A DNA stretch of 37,454 bases, from NCBI GenBank assembly GCA_017853815.1, contig JAFMIT010000003.1:1-37454 (forward strand), written 5' to 3'. Shown piece after piece: positions 1-9,404 of the stretch. The notes beneath the pieces are model-generated. The model worked only from the letters and a program-made list of their open reading frames with translations, had not been told where the DNA came from and ran no database searches. Position 1 is the stretch's first letter, and each line of letters begins with the position of its first letter. The translations under genes were made by a program, and so were the position numbers. The DNA comes from Actinomycetota bacterium (GTDB taxonomy: Bacteria > Actinomycetota > Actinomycetes > S36-B12 > UBA5976).

Positions 1-916
1 CACTAGGGATAGCTGACTGACCCCAACGCGCACCGAGCAAACCTCCCGCAATCGCCGCAACCGTGTCAGTGTCATTGCCGACTCGCACTGCACGCTCTAG
101 TGCAGCTTGAAAATGCTGAGCCGGGAAGATTCCCAGTTGTGGCAAATCTGCGGGAACTGGCGTGTGGAAAATTGCGGACCATGCAGCCTGGAATGCATGC
201 ACGACCCAGCCGTTGTTGGTGAACTCCCAGGCCTGTCGAGATTCCGCTTCATCGATGAGTGATGACCAACGCTGACGGCGAACGTCGTCGAGATACTCAA
301 GACCTACTCGTGGACCTTTGAGTTCGCCTGTCAAAATCGCATCTCGCATCGCCATGCACCACAGTGCACAGGCATCGGCAGCGTCCATGTCGCGATGGGT
401 GAGATCACTAATGGCACGAGCCGCACGCCATAGCTCATCGGGGGAGTCCAGAAATGCGAGCACCACAGGTGCGGTTCGCATCAGCGAGCCGTTGCCACCA
501 CTGTGCAAGTTTCGTTCGGCGAATGAAATTGCTGCCCTATTTGCTGCCTCCGCAGACAGTTCAGAGAGTCCACCCAACACAGCGCGAGTCTGATTGCCGA
601 CATCGGGAGCAGTCCTTGCCCACGTAGCCCAGGCGTTAACAATGTCGTCTTGAGCCTTCGAGTCGAGTAGGTCCGCACCGGTGGCCGCAACCTCCGCGAT
701 GCACAAAGCCATCGACGTGTCATCAGTCCATTCGCCGGCTTTGAAGCCGAAAGGGCCACCACCTTTCATGCGAATGGATTCGGTGTAGGGAACCCGCGGT
801 TGAAATTCGTAGCCCGCGCCAAGTGCGTCACCGCAGGCCGTGCCCAGTAAAAGTCCAATGGCACGATCCATTTGAGCGGTAGAAAGTTTTGGTCTGTGTG
901 TGTTGCGAAAGTTCAT
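1..916 (-). CDS. ADP-ribosylglycohydrolase (DraG/ARH family), 3' end beyond the window
   Basis: Manual translation from ATG 916 (RBS AAGGGGG): MNFRNTHRPKLSTAQMDRAIGLLLGTACGDALGAGYEF...GEWTDDTSMALC...GNGSLMRTAP...DLTH...GNDTDTVAAIAGGLLGARWG. These are the GDALG, TDDT, GNGSLMR and DTDT motifs of the family. No stop codon in the window, so it is absent from the ORF track. Confidence 0.93.
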   Translation of the reverse strand, partial: MNFRNTHRPKLSTAQMDRAIGLLLGTACGDALGAGYEFQPRVPYTESIRMKGGGPFGFKAGEWTDDTSMALCIAEVAATGADLLDSKAQDDIVNAWATWARTAPDVGNQTRAVLGGLSELSAEAANRAAISFAERNLHSGGNGSLMRTAPVVLAFLDSPDELWRAARAISDLTHRDMDAADACALWCMAMRDAILTGELKGPRVGLEYLDDVRRQRWSSLIDEAESRQAWEFTNNGWVVHAFQAAWSAIFHTPVPADLPQLGIFPAQHFQAALERAVRVGNDTDTVAAIAGGLLGARWGQSAIPS

Positions 917-944
917 GCTGAAGTCCCCCTTTAGTTGTGAACAG

Positions 945-966
945 AAACTACAACTCGAGCCTGACA
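945..966 (-). promoter_or_regulatory. PafBC-type (RecA-NDp) promoter of the ARH gene
   Basis: Minus strand TGTCAG(966-961)-N10-TAGTTT(950-945) fits the actinobacterial TGTCRG-N10-TAnnnT consensus, ~30 nt before the ATG. Confidence 0.65.
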
Positions 967-1018
967 TTTTGGCTCACGCTTGTCCCGTCACCTGCAATGC
1001 AGACGAGTTGTTGACACG

Positions 1019-1038
1019 TTTGTCTCGAACAAGACAAA
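1019..1038. promoter_or_regulatory. Inverted repeat, candidate operator upstream of xylA
   Basis: TTTGTCT-CGAACA-AGACAAA directly downstream of TTGACA (1011-1016). A XylR/ROK-type assignment is inference. Confidence 0.45.
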
Positions 1039-1051
1039 GCAAAGTTAAAGG

Positions 1052-1128
1052 ACAAGTCATCGCAGAAGGTGTCGTCCGTTGGGAACAAAAATGGCTCTCA
1101 ATTTCCATTGATGGCACCTGTGGCTTGT
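1052..1128 (+). ncRNA. Candidate structured RNA (5' leader of xylA or sRNA)
   Basis: 1052-1060 pairs with 1120-1128 and 1067-1076 pairs with 1110-1119: 19 bp, four G-U, no mismatches on the + strand. 1080-1085 can also pair with 1102-1107. Confidence 0.45.
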
Positions 1129-1205
1129 GCTAATTTCCTGACAAATGGTTGGCAATTGTGCTGACCCTGTAGACGAACTTTTTCGGCCGAACATTGGATG
1201 CATTC

Positions 1206-2366
1206 ATGACACAACTGACTCCTCGCCCAGAAGATAAATTCACGTTCGGCATGTGGACCGTCGGCTGGCAAGCGCGCGATCCATTCGGTGACGCAACCCG
1301 CAGAGCGCTTGATCCGGTGGAGATAGTTGAGAACCTTGCACAGCTTGGTGCGTATGGGCTAACTTTCCATGACGACGATCTCATTCCTTTCGGCAGCGAT
1401 GAAGCAGCGCGGGCAAAATCGATTGCCCGCTTCAAGGAATCCCTCGCGGCGACGGGTCTAAAAGTCCCGATGGTGACGACCAATCTTTTCTCGCATCCAA
1501 TTTTTAAAGACGGTGCCTTCACCTCGAATGACCGCGATGTTCGGCGATATGCGCTTTCGAAAGTAATGCGTAATCTGCACCTCGCGGCCGAGTTGGGTGC
1601 CGAGACTTACGTCATGTGGGGTGGTCGCGAAGGTTCCGAAATGGATGCTGCAAAGGACGTTCGGCATGCTCTCGATCGCTACAAGGAAGGCGTTGACACG
1701 CTTTGCCAATTCGTGATTGATCATGGGTACTCAATTCGATTCGCTCTCGAACCCAAGCCCAATGAACCACGTGGCGATATCCTGCTTCCCACCGTAGGTC
1801 ATGCGCTGGCCTTCATTAACGAACTGCAATACCCAGAAATGGTCGGTCTAAATCCTGAAGTTGGCCATGAACAAATGGCGGGATTGAATTTTGTCCACGC
1901 AATTGCTCAAGCTCTATGGCATGGCAAGCTCTTCCACATCGACCTCAATGGTCAGCGTGGTATCAAGTACGACCAAGACTTTGTTTTTGGTCATGGCGAC
2001 TTGATGAACGCCTTCTTCCTTGTGGATCTCTTGGAATCAGCTGGCTATGCCGGTCCAAAACACTTTGACTACAAGCCAATGCGCACCGAAAATCTCGATG
2101 GTGTCTGGGCATCAGCTGCCGCAAACATGCGCACCTACTTGCTCCTCAAGGAACGTGCTCTCGCGTTTCGCGCTGATCCGCGCGTTCACACGGCTCTCGA
2201 ATTCAGCGGTCTGAATTCGTTGCAGCAGCCGACGCTTGCGCCGGGCGAGAGTTATCGCGACATCCCAGGAGTCGACGGCTTCGACGTCGAGGAATTGGGC
2301 AAGCGCGGATATGGCTACGTGCAACTCTCGCAGCTGGCTCTCGAGCACCTGCTTGGAGTGCACTAA
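1206..2366 (+). CDS. xylA: Xylose isomerase, class I (actinomycete type)
   Basis: [57 protein letters not shown] motifs. ATG 1206 preferred over the track's TTG 1194. Confidence 0.97.
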   Translation: MTQLTPRPEDKFTFGMWTVGWQARDPFGDATRRALDPVEIVENLAQLGAYGLTFHDDDLIPFGSDEAARAKSIARFKESLAATGLKVPMVTTNLFSHPIFKDGAFTSNDRDVRRYALSKVMRNLHLAAELGAETYVMWGGREGSEMDAAKDVRHALDRYKEGVDTLCQFVIDHGYSIRFALEPKPNEPRGDILLPTVGHALAFINELQYPEMVGLNPEVGHEQMAGLNFVHAIAQALWHGKLFHIDLNGQRGIKYDQDFVFGHGDLMNAFFLVDLLESAGYAGPKHFDYKPMRTENLDGVWASAAANMRTYLLLKERALAFRADPRVHTALEFSGLNSLQQPTLAPGESYRDIPGVDGFDVEELGKRGYGYVQLSQLALEHLLGVH

Positions 2367-3784
2367 TGCTCGTTGCTGGCATTGACTCCTCAACCCAGTC
2401 ATGCAAAGTGCTCGTCGTCGACGCTGCGACTGGGAAGATTGTTCGCCAAGGTTCGGCTTCTCATCCAGAGGGCACCGAAGTTCATCCTCATCATTGGTGG
2501 GAAGCGCTGAAGCGTGCGATCGAATCTGCTGGTGGGCTCAGTGATGTCGGTGCACTTTCAGTTGGTGGCCAACAGCATGGCATGGTCTTGCTCGATTCTG
2601 CTGGTGAAGTGTGTCGAGAAGCATTGCTCTGGAATGACACCCGCTCCGCAGAGCAGGCGAATCAATTGGTCGAGCGTTTCGGAGCCAGTTGGTGGGCCCA
2701 GAACATCGGAAGTGTGCCCGTGGCGTCTTTCACGGTCACCAAGCTGGCATGGGTTGCACAGAACGAGCCAGAGATCGCGAGCCGCACGGCCGCTGTCTGC
2801 CTGCCACATGATTGGTTGACATACAAACTTCGTGGTGGCGCAGAACTCGCTCAGCGCGAAGGTCTCGAGGTATCGCTCACCACCGACCGAGGCGATGCCA
2901 GCGGCACGGGCTATTGGTCAACCACTACCGAGAGTTACGACCTCAATCTTGTGGAAACTGCGTTTGGACATAGACCGGTACTGCCTCGAGTGCTCGATGC
3001 TTGGGCAAGTGCCGGAAACGTCGATAGCGATGTTGCTCGCGAATTGGGCATACATCCAAACTGCTTGATGGGTGCTGGCAGTGGAGACAACATGGCCGCG
3101 GCGCTCGGACTCGGTGCAACACCTGGTAAAGGAATTGTCTCACTCGGAACTTCGGGAACGGTGTTTGCTTCTTCGTCGACGTCTACCCATGACGAGTCAG
3201 GAATGATTGCTGGCTTCGCCGATGCAACAGGCAACTTCCTGCCACTAGCTTGCACTTTAAACGCCACGCAAGTGCTCGATCGACTTCGCACTCTGACGGG
3301 TCTCGACTACGCACAATTCGATGCAGCTGCCCTCAGCATGGAGCCGGGTGCACATGGTTTGACACTGATTCCGTACTTCCAAGGTGAGCGCACCCCGAAC
3401 CGCCCGAATGCCACGGGCACTCTGCATGGAATGCGTCTCGACAATGTCTCTGCGGCACACATTGCACGAGCCGGAGTCGAAGCAATCATCTGCTCACTCA
3501 ATGATGCTCTCCTCGCGATTCGAGATTGTGGAGTGGAAGTCACGTCGCTGTCGCTTATTGGCGGCGGTGCAGCCTCGATTGCAACGCAGCAGATTGCATC
3601 CAGCATTTTCGGCGAACCCATCGCGGTGCCACCCACGAGCGAATACGTTGCCTTGGGAATGGCGCGACAAGCGGCGCACGTGGCTGGCGTGGACACGCAA
3701 ACGTGGCAGCTGGTTGGCGAGAGCCTGGTGCACTCGCCGAGCGCACCGCACGTCTTTCAGACCTACCAGCAGCTCAGAGGTTAA
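2366..3784 (+). CDS. xylB: Xylulokinase (FGGY family)
   Basis: GIDSSTQSCK, GQQHG, LWNDTRS, TDRGDASGTG, GDNMAAALG, GERTP; TAATG-coupled to xylA. Confidence 0.93.
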   Translation: MLVAGIDSSTQSCKVLVVDAATGKIVRQGSASHPEGTEVHPHHWWEALKRAIESAGGLSDVGALSVGGQQHGMVLLDSAGEVCREALLWNDTRSAEQANQLVERFGASWWAQNIGSVPVASFTVTKLAWVAQNEPEIASRTAAVCLPHDWLTYKLRGGAELAQREGLEVSLTTDRGDASGTGYWSTTTESYDLNLVETAFGHRPVLPRVLDAWASAGNVDSDVARELGIHPNCLMGAGSGDNMAAALGLGATPGKGIVSLGTSGTVFASSSTSTHDESGMIAGFADATGNFLPLACTLNATQVLDRLRTLTGLDYAQFDAAALSMEPGAHGLTLIPYFQGERTPNRPNATGTLHGMRLDNVSAAHIARAGVEAIICSLNDALLAIRDCGVEVTSLSLIGGGAASIATQQIASSIFGEPIAVPPTSEYVALGMARQAAHVAGVDTQTWQLVGESLVHSPSAPHVFQTYQQLRG

Positions 3785-3793
3785 GGCGAGACG

Positions 3794-4618
3794 GTGCTGT
3801 TTATCAGTTCGGGCGAACACGAACTCTTCATTGATCCCACAAATGGCGGTCGCGTTGTGTCGTGGCAGATTGCTGGCGTCGATGTGCTCGCGCCAGTCGA
3901 AGAGGAACCCATCGAGGGCGGCTGGTATTTGATGGCTCCATGGGTCGGTCGACTCCGGGACCAGTCAGTGACTTTCGATAGTCACACCTTCCGGCAAGCA
4001 ATCAACTTCAGGGAATGGGCCATTCACGGCACTTTGCCGTTCGCCGAATGTCGAGTGCTGGCGCACTCTGACCGAGAAATAGTGATCTCTCACCAAACCG
4101 ATAAGCGCTGGCCAATTCCCGCAATGGTGACGCTTGCGTGGGAAGTCCATGAGTGGGGTGTGGAGACCAGAGCGAGCGTTTCAACGACAGAAGGAAGTTT
4201 TCCAGCGGCAGTGGGATGGCATCCGTGGTTTCGTCGAAATCTGGCGTTGGGAGACACGCCCGTCGGACGTAGTGCTGTTTACGGTTTCGATGCGAGTGCG
4301 CAGTTTGTGACGGATGAGAAATTTATCGTCACGGGTGAAACCGTGGACGTTGGCGTCAGTCCCTTCGACGATTCTTTTGTCGTACCCGACGGCAAGGCAC
4401 ACATCACGTGGCCCGGCTTTCGACGAATCGACATTGCGGCCGATGTGAAGTTCATGCATCTCTACGAAGCCAACGAATTCGTGTGCATCGAACCAGAAAC
4501 TGCCCCACCTAATGGCGTGAACTTGTTGGGCTCTGGCTACGGCCACATCGTCAGTCCTGGTAAACCACTCACCGCGCAAGCCGAATGGCGTGTGTCAGAG
4601 CATTCGGGACTGAACTAG
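3794..4618 (+). CDS. Aldose 1-epimerase (mutarotase) family protein
   Basis: PWVGRL, AIHG, GWHPWF, CIEP motifs; third gene of the xyl operon. Confidence 0.85.
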   Translation: MLFISSGEHELFIDPTNGGRVVSWQIAGVDVLAPVEEEPIEGGWYLMAPWVGRLRDQSVTFDSHTFRQAINFREWAIHGTLPFAECRVLAHSDREIVISHQTDKRWPIPAMVTLAWEVHEWGVETRASVSTTEGSFPAAVGWHPWFRRNLALGDTPVGRSAVYGFDASAQFVTDEKFIVTGETVDVGVSPFDDSFVVPDGKAHITWPGFRRIDIAADVKFMHLYEANEFVCIEPETAPPNGVNLLGSGYGHIVSPGKPLTAQAEWRVSEHSGLN

Positions 4619-6013
4619 TCAGTTCTCCGATACCGCTGGGAGGTGAGCCCGCGCCGCTTCACCGTGAAAGCGCTCAAGCACCAAATCTCGGACATCTACT
4701 GCTGCGACAGCATGTGCGTAACGGTTGGACGTCGCAGGATTCCACACAACCCGGCAATCCTCGAGTCGCACGTCCTCGGCTTGCATCAACTCAAACGCTG
4801 AGTGATCTCGGCGCAAGAAAGTTGTTTCGCCAGCAGGACGCAGGTCGATTCGAGGATCCCACTTCGACTGGGCCGACATCTCAACGCGAACGTGATTGAA
4901 GACGACTTCACGCACGAGTTCTGGGCGTTGCCCCCACACGAGTACACCAGCTTCAGAGCGGCACATAATGTTTGAGAAACAAATATTGCGGACTGAGCCA
5001 GCAAGTTTTCGTTCGGGATTGCCAGGATGAAGTTCTGATTCATCGTCCCATGCCGCCGCGGTTACGTGCAGAGGTTCCCCGTGACCCCACCAAGATTCGC
5101 TAAAGGTTCGAGTATTCACAATGCAATCGTTGACGAGCACATCACGAACTTGCCCGCCCTCACGTGGACGAATAGCAATACCGCGATGTGAATCCGTGAT
5201 GATGCAATCGCTGATGATCACTTGTTCAATGTCCGCGCAAGATTCTGTGCCAAGGGTGATGGCGCCGGACGTGGAGGTCATAATGCAGTGAGAAATCACG
5301 ACATTAGCGATAGGACCATACATGGCGGTTGCGGTACAAGTTTTGAGTGAAATGCAATCGTCGGCGGTGATCAATTCACAGTTAGTGATGCGGACGTTGT
5401 CACACCGGTCGATGTCAATGCCGTCGGCATTTGGCACCATCAGATCAGTCAAAATTCGAATGCCGTCGATGTTGCAGCCATCGCAGCCAGTCACTCGAAT
5501 GGCCCAAAACGCGGGATCCCTAAGAGTGAAGTCTCGCAGTACAACCGACTCACAGTCGATCAGAAAAATCGTGAAGGGCCGTTCTAGGTATTGGCTGCGT
5601 CCCCCCTCAGGTGCTCGCATTTCGTGAATGTACTGACCTCTGTCGAGGATAAAGCCATCCGCGTTACCTGAAATAGTTCCTTGACCCGTGATGGAAACTC
5701 CATGAGCTTGATATCCCACAATAAATGCGCGCTGGGGAAGAACTTCTTCAACAATCAGATTCTTTGTGATCGAAGGAACTGAGTGTTCAGGCAAATAGTC
5801 TGCATAGTTACTAGATGCATACAGTTCTGCACCCGGTTCGAGATGAAGTTCGATTCCAGCCTTCAGCTGCAAACTTCCGCTGAGAAAACGGCCGGCCGGA
5901 ATCGTGACTCGTCCACCGCCGCTGGCACTCACCGAGTCGATTGCCCGCTGGATAGACGGTGCATTGTTTGTTTCACCATCAGCAATGGCACCGAAATCAA
6001 GAATGGATGTCAT
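4619..6013 (-). CDS. Glycoside hydrolase family 28-like beta-helix protein, cytoplasmic
   Basis: DFGAIADG, IQRAID, IPAGRFLSGSLQLK, PNADGIDI, ADDCISLK, LGTES. Start ATG 6013 overlaps the upstream TGA (ATGA). No signal peptide. Confidence 0.8.
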   Translation of the reverse strand: MTSILDFGAIADGETNNAPSIQRAIDSVSASGGGRVTIPAGRFLSGSLQLKAGIELHLEPGAELYASSNYADYLPEHSVPSITKNLIVEEVLPQRAFIVGYQAHGVSITGQGTISGNADGFILDRGQYIHEMRAPEGGRSQYLERPFTIFLIDCESVVLRDFTLRDPAFWAIRVTGCDGCNIDGIRILTDLMVPNADGIDIDRCDNVRITNCELITADDCISLKTCTATAMYGPIANVVISHCIMTSTSGAITLGTESCADIEQVIISDCIITDSHRGIAIRPREGGQVRDVLVNDCIVNTRTFSESWWGHGEPLHVTAAAWDDESELHPGNPERKLAGSVRNICFSNIMCRSEAGVLVWGQRPELVREVVFNHVRVEMSAQSKWDPRIDLRPAGETTFLRRDHSAFELMQAEDVRLEDCRVVWNPATSNRYAHAVAAVDVRDLVLERFHGEAARAHLPAVSEN

Positions 6014-8457
6014 GAACCAAGCAATCTGTTGTGTGACCACACGATGTCCGCTAAGCGCGCCTTCAGCGGCTCGAGCGAAACCGGTGCAGTGATGTGGAAG
6101 GTAGTGGATTCATTCGGCAGGAGAGCAACAAACTGCTTATCAACTCTTGACCCTTCAACCACAATCTCTGGTAACAGGCACAGCTCGTGGATGAAATGAT
6201 CTGAGGTGACCGTCACGGTCGCCGAATTGCCAGTGACCTCGATTACTGACTGCACACGCTGAGGCAAGACGCCTTCCGCAGGTTGCATGGAGGCTCTGCG
6301 TGCTGTGCGGATGCCGTCAGCATCCACACAAACGAACGTGAGATTGTCAGCTGCAGCGAGACCAGGCAAGAGCTCATGAGTATCAAAACGCTTGGCTGAG
6401 TACGGTGGAACTTTGAGATGAACCTTTGCTTGTTCAGCCACGTCACCAGCGGAGTTGATAAGCCATAGATCGACTGGCGTGTCCCATTCATCCGCGGTGT
6501 CGTTGATGAGAGTCAGCGGCATACCGAAATCTGGCCTCGTCAAAATAACTGCCCTCGGACGGTAGGCCTCTTGCATCGCGTACCACGCAAGTTTGCGATG
6601 ACCGGTGTAATCGAGAACTGCCCAGCTGATTGCTGGCCACATGTCGTTGAATTGCCAGAGGATGGTCCCCGAGCACCGTTCATACAGGCTTCTAAAATGC
6701 TTCAAACCAGTTTGCACCGCACGTGCCTGAAGTAGCTGTGCGGCGAAGTACCACGCATGACCTTCGACTGGTGGGGTCTTCCATTCCCGATGAAGTCCCG
6801 CTGAAATCTTGTCCATGCCATCAAACGCTTTTTGGTGGATAGCTAAGTCCGGATCGCGCGAATCAAGATTGTCCTTGCCGATTGCCCTCGTCAGCATTGG
6901 CCATGAACCTGGCCCGTTGAAACCAAACTCGGCGGCGAAAGCGGGTGAATATTCTTCGTAACGCTCATAGCCGAGTTCGTTCCAGACGTCCCAAATGTGA
7001 TTGGTACCTGACTTGAAACTGCGAACGTCGTCAGAGTGCGACGAAAACGGCGAACCTGGAATGTAGGGACGCGTGCGATCGAGCCGACCGAGTACACCAG
7101 GGATTGTCTTGCGGTAAAAACTATCTCCCCAAGGTCGACCACCGAGGGGCTCTTGCCAACCCCAGTACTGGAATCCTTCGATGCATTCGTTACCTCCACA
7201 CCAGATGACCAAACTTGGGTGAGATTGCAGACGACGAACAGCCTCTTCGACTTCCAGCTCGACTTCTTCAAACATTTCGCTGGTCTCTGGGTACGCGGCG
7301 CAAGCGAAGAGGAAGTCTTGCCACACAACAACGCCTTCGGCATCACACAAGTTGTAGAAGTCTTCTGACTCATAGATGCCACCGCCCCAGACACGAATAC
7401 CGGTAATACCGACTTCGAGCATGTCATCCAAGCGCTGGCGGTAGCGCGCTAGCGTCACGCGAGTTGGGAACGGATCGTCTGGAATCCAGTTAGCACCGCG
7501 AATCCAGAGGCGTTCACCATTTACTTTGATGGCGAAAAGTTGGTCTTCGCCGATATCAGATGTATCGAGCTCAACTTTTCGAAATCCAACTGAGCGAGTC
7601 AAACTGTCGAGGACGTCCTCTCCATCAATCAGCTCTACAACGCAGGTGTACAGCTTCTGATCTCCACGTCCACGCGGCCACCACAACTGCGCTTGCGGAA
7701 CCGGCAGCGAATCAATCGTTTCTGACGTTGCGCTACTTTCGTTGGTCGCCAAGGTGACATCGCCATCACGCAGACTTACGCGAACCTTCAGGCCATCAGT
7801 CGATCCGTCGATCTTGAACGAGCCAGAAAGTACTGGCGTGCCATCGTGAACAGATCCAGCTACACCAAGGTCGGAGAACTTCGCACGCGACCACGTGTGC
7901 AACTCAACCGGCTTCCAAAGTCCTGAACTGATTGTGATGGGACCCCAGTCCCAGCCGTAGCTGCATGCCATCTTTCGTTGGTAGTTGTACGGCATGTCAT
8001 AAGGCCGCGGATACAAACCAAGCTCAGCAACATGCTTTTCAGCATCAGGCAAAGGCGCCTGAATTCTCACTTCAACATCGACATCGCCCACGGCAATCTC
8101 CGAGGAGATATCTACTGCATGTGTGCGATGCATGTTTTTGACCGACAAACGCGTGACACCATTAATCAAAATGTCTGCGACCGTATCGATTCCTCGAAAA
8201 ACGAGTTGCACAACATCGTTTCCGGGTCGGTGGTTGATTGTCGTTCGGTACGTTACGTCAGTTCGCCAGAGCCACTGCTGATCTGCTTCCCGACCGTCGA
8301 TAGAGATATCGTCGATAAGACCCGCCGAGATCAGATCCGTGTGAACACATCCAGGGACTTGAGCCGCGAGAACGGGCGGTAACTCTGGAGCACCTGCATC
8401 TTCATGCGGGCGCAGTGAAATCGTCCAAGATGAAGTAAGTGGCTCGCGCAAAACCAT
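6010..8457 (-). CDS. Beta-mannosidase (GH2)
   Basis: VPGCVHTDL, RKMACSYGWDWGP, RGANWIPDD, RVWGGGIYE, WQDFLFAC, WCGGNE, AEFG, WQFND motifs. Confidence 0.92.
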   Translation of the reverse strand: MVLREPLTSSWTISLRPHEDAGAPELPPVLAAQVPGCVHTDLISAGLIDDISIDGREADQQWLWRTDVTYRTTINHRPGNDVVQLVFRGIDTVADILINGVTRLSVKNMHRTHAVDISSEIAVGDVDVEVRIQAPLPDAEKHVAELGLYPRPYDMPYNYQRKMACSYGWDWGPITISSGLWKPVELHTWSRAKFSDLGVAGSVHDGTPVLSGSFKIDGSTDGLKVRVSLRDGDVTLATNESSATSETIDSLPVPQAQLWWPRGRGDQKLYTCVVELIDGEDVLDSLTRSVGFRKVELDTSDIGEDQLFAIKVNGERLWIRGANWIPDDPFPTRVTLARYRQRLDDMLEVGITGIRVWGGGIYESEDFYNLCDAEGVVVWQDFLFACAAYPETSEMFEEVELEVEEAVRRLQSHPSLVIWCGGNECIEGFQYWGWQEPLGGRPWGDSFYRKTIPGVLGRLDRTRPYIPGSPFSSHSDDVRSFKSGTNHIWDVWNELGYERYEEYSPAFAAEFGFNGPGSWPMLTRAIGKDNLDSRDPDLAIHQKAFDGMDKISAGLHREWKTPPVEGHAWYFAAQLLQARAVQTGLKHFRSLYERCSGTILWQFNDMWPAISWAVLDYTGHRKLAWYAMQEAYRPRAVILTRPDFGMPLTLINDTADEWDTPVDLWLINSAGDVAEQAKVHLKVPPYSAKRFDTHELLPGLAAADNLTFVCVDADGIRTARRASMQPAEGVLPQRVQSVIEVTGNSATVTVTSDHFIHELCLLPEIVVEGSRVDKQFVALLPNESTTFHITAPVSLEPLKARLADIVWSHNRLLGS

Positions 8458-8498
8458 GATGTTTCCTAACTGGAGATGGAATGGAAAATTGCGTACTT

Positions 8499-9404
8499 TT
8501 AAAGCGCCGCTAAGGCAGCGCCGATAAGGCCAGCCTCAGATTCAAGTTTGGCTGGTCGAATATCTAGTCCCGAGAGAAACTCAATTCCTTCGGTGCGATG
8601 TTTCAGAGCTCTGCGAAGTGGTTCCCAGTAAATGTCACCAGCGCGAGACACGCCTCCACCGATCACCACGAGGCTGACATCAACGGTCGCAGCGACGTTG
8701 ACGATTCCAACAGCCAGCGAATCTGCACCATGTGCGATTGCGGCAATCGCAATGGCATCGCCGGCGCGAGCAGCGTCAGCCAAATCCATAAAGTCATCAG
8801 AGTCAGAAACCCAGCCATTATTTTTGGCCTGACGAACCATGTGTGGTCCACTTGCATAGACCTCAACGCAGCCACGCCGACCGCAAGGGCAGAGTTCGCC
8901 ATCAATCACGATGGTTGAATGACCAAAATAGCCAGCGTTGCCGGATTCGCCGACTTTCAGCTCACCGTCGAGCACAAGTCCGCCACCAATTCCAGTGGAC
9001 ACCACCATGCCGATCATGTTGCTGCTGCCAGCACCAGCGCCATAATGAAATTCAGCGTTTGTCATTGCAATGGCATCGCCATGCATCTTGACGCGCTCGC
9101 ACTCAAAAGTGCTGCGCAGAGAGTCAACCAAGGGAAAGTCTCGCCACACAGAAATGTTGACTGGGCTGACGGTTCCCTTGTCTACGTTGATAGGACCCGC
9201 CGAGCCAATGCCGATTCCCGTCATGGTGCCCGTTGTTGCACCAACGACGGATTTTGCTTCGACAACCAGTCGGTCCCAGAGCTCGTGTGCAGAGTTAGCG
9301 ACTGAAGAAATGCTCGAGGACTCAAGAAGTCTTCCGGAGAAATCCATTGATCCGATAGCGATCTTTGTTCCGCCAACATCAATACCAAGGATGTATTCGC
9401 TCAT
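8499..9404 (-). CDS. ROK family sugar kinase (gluco/mannokinase)
   Basis: GIDVGGTK, STGIGGG, GH...CPCGRRGCVE zinc motif, IGGGVS, AGLIGAA; no N-terminal HTH. Confidence 0.9.
   Translation of the reverse strand: MSEYILGIDVGGTKIAIGSMDFSGRLLESSSISSVANSAHELWDRLVVEAKSVVGATTGTMTGIGIGSAGPINVDKGTVSPVNISVWRDFPLVDSLRSTFECERVKMHGDAIAMTNAEFHYGAGAGSSNMIGMVVSTGIGGGLVLDGELKVGESGNAGYFGHSTIVIDGELCPCGRRGCVEVYASGPHMVRQAKNNGWVSDSDDFMDLADAARAGDAIAIAAIAHGADSLAVGIVNVAATVDVSLVVIGGGVSRAGDIYWEPLRRALKHRTEGIEFLSGLDIRPAKLESEAGLIGAALAAL

Noticed and set aside
900-1133. 77-aa plus-strand ORF in the ARH-xylA intergenic region
   Set aside because: Overlaps the ARH start and promoter elements, has no RBS and no recognisable motif.
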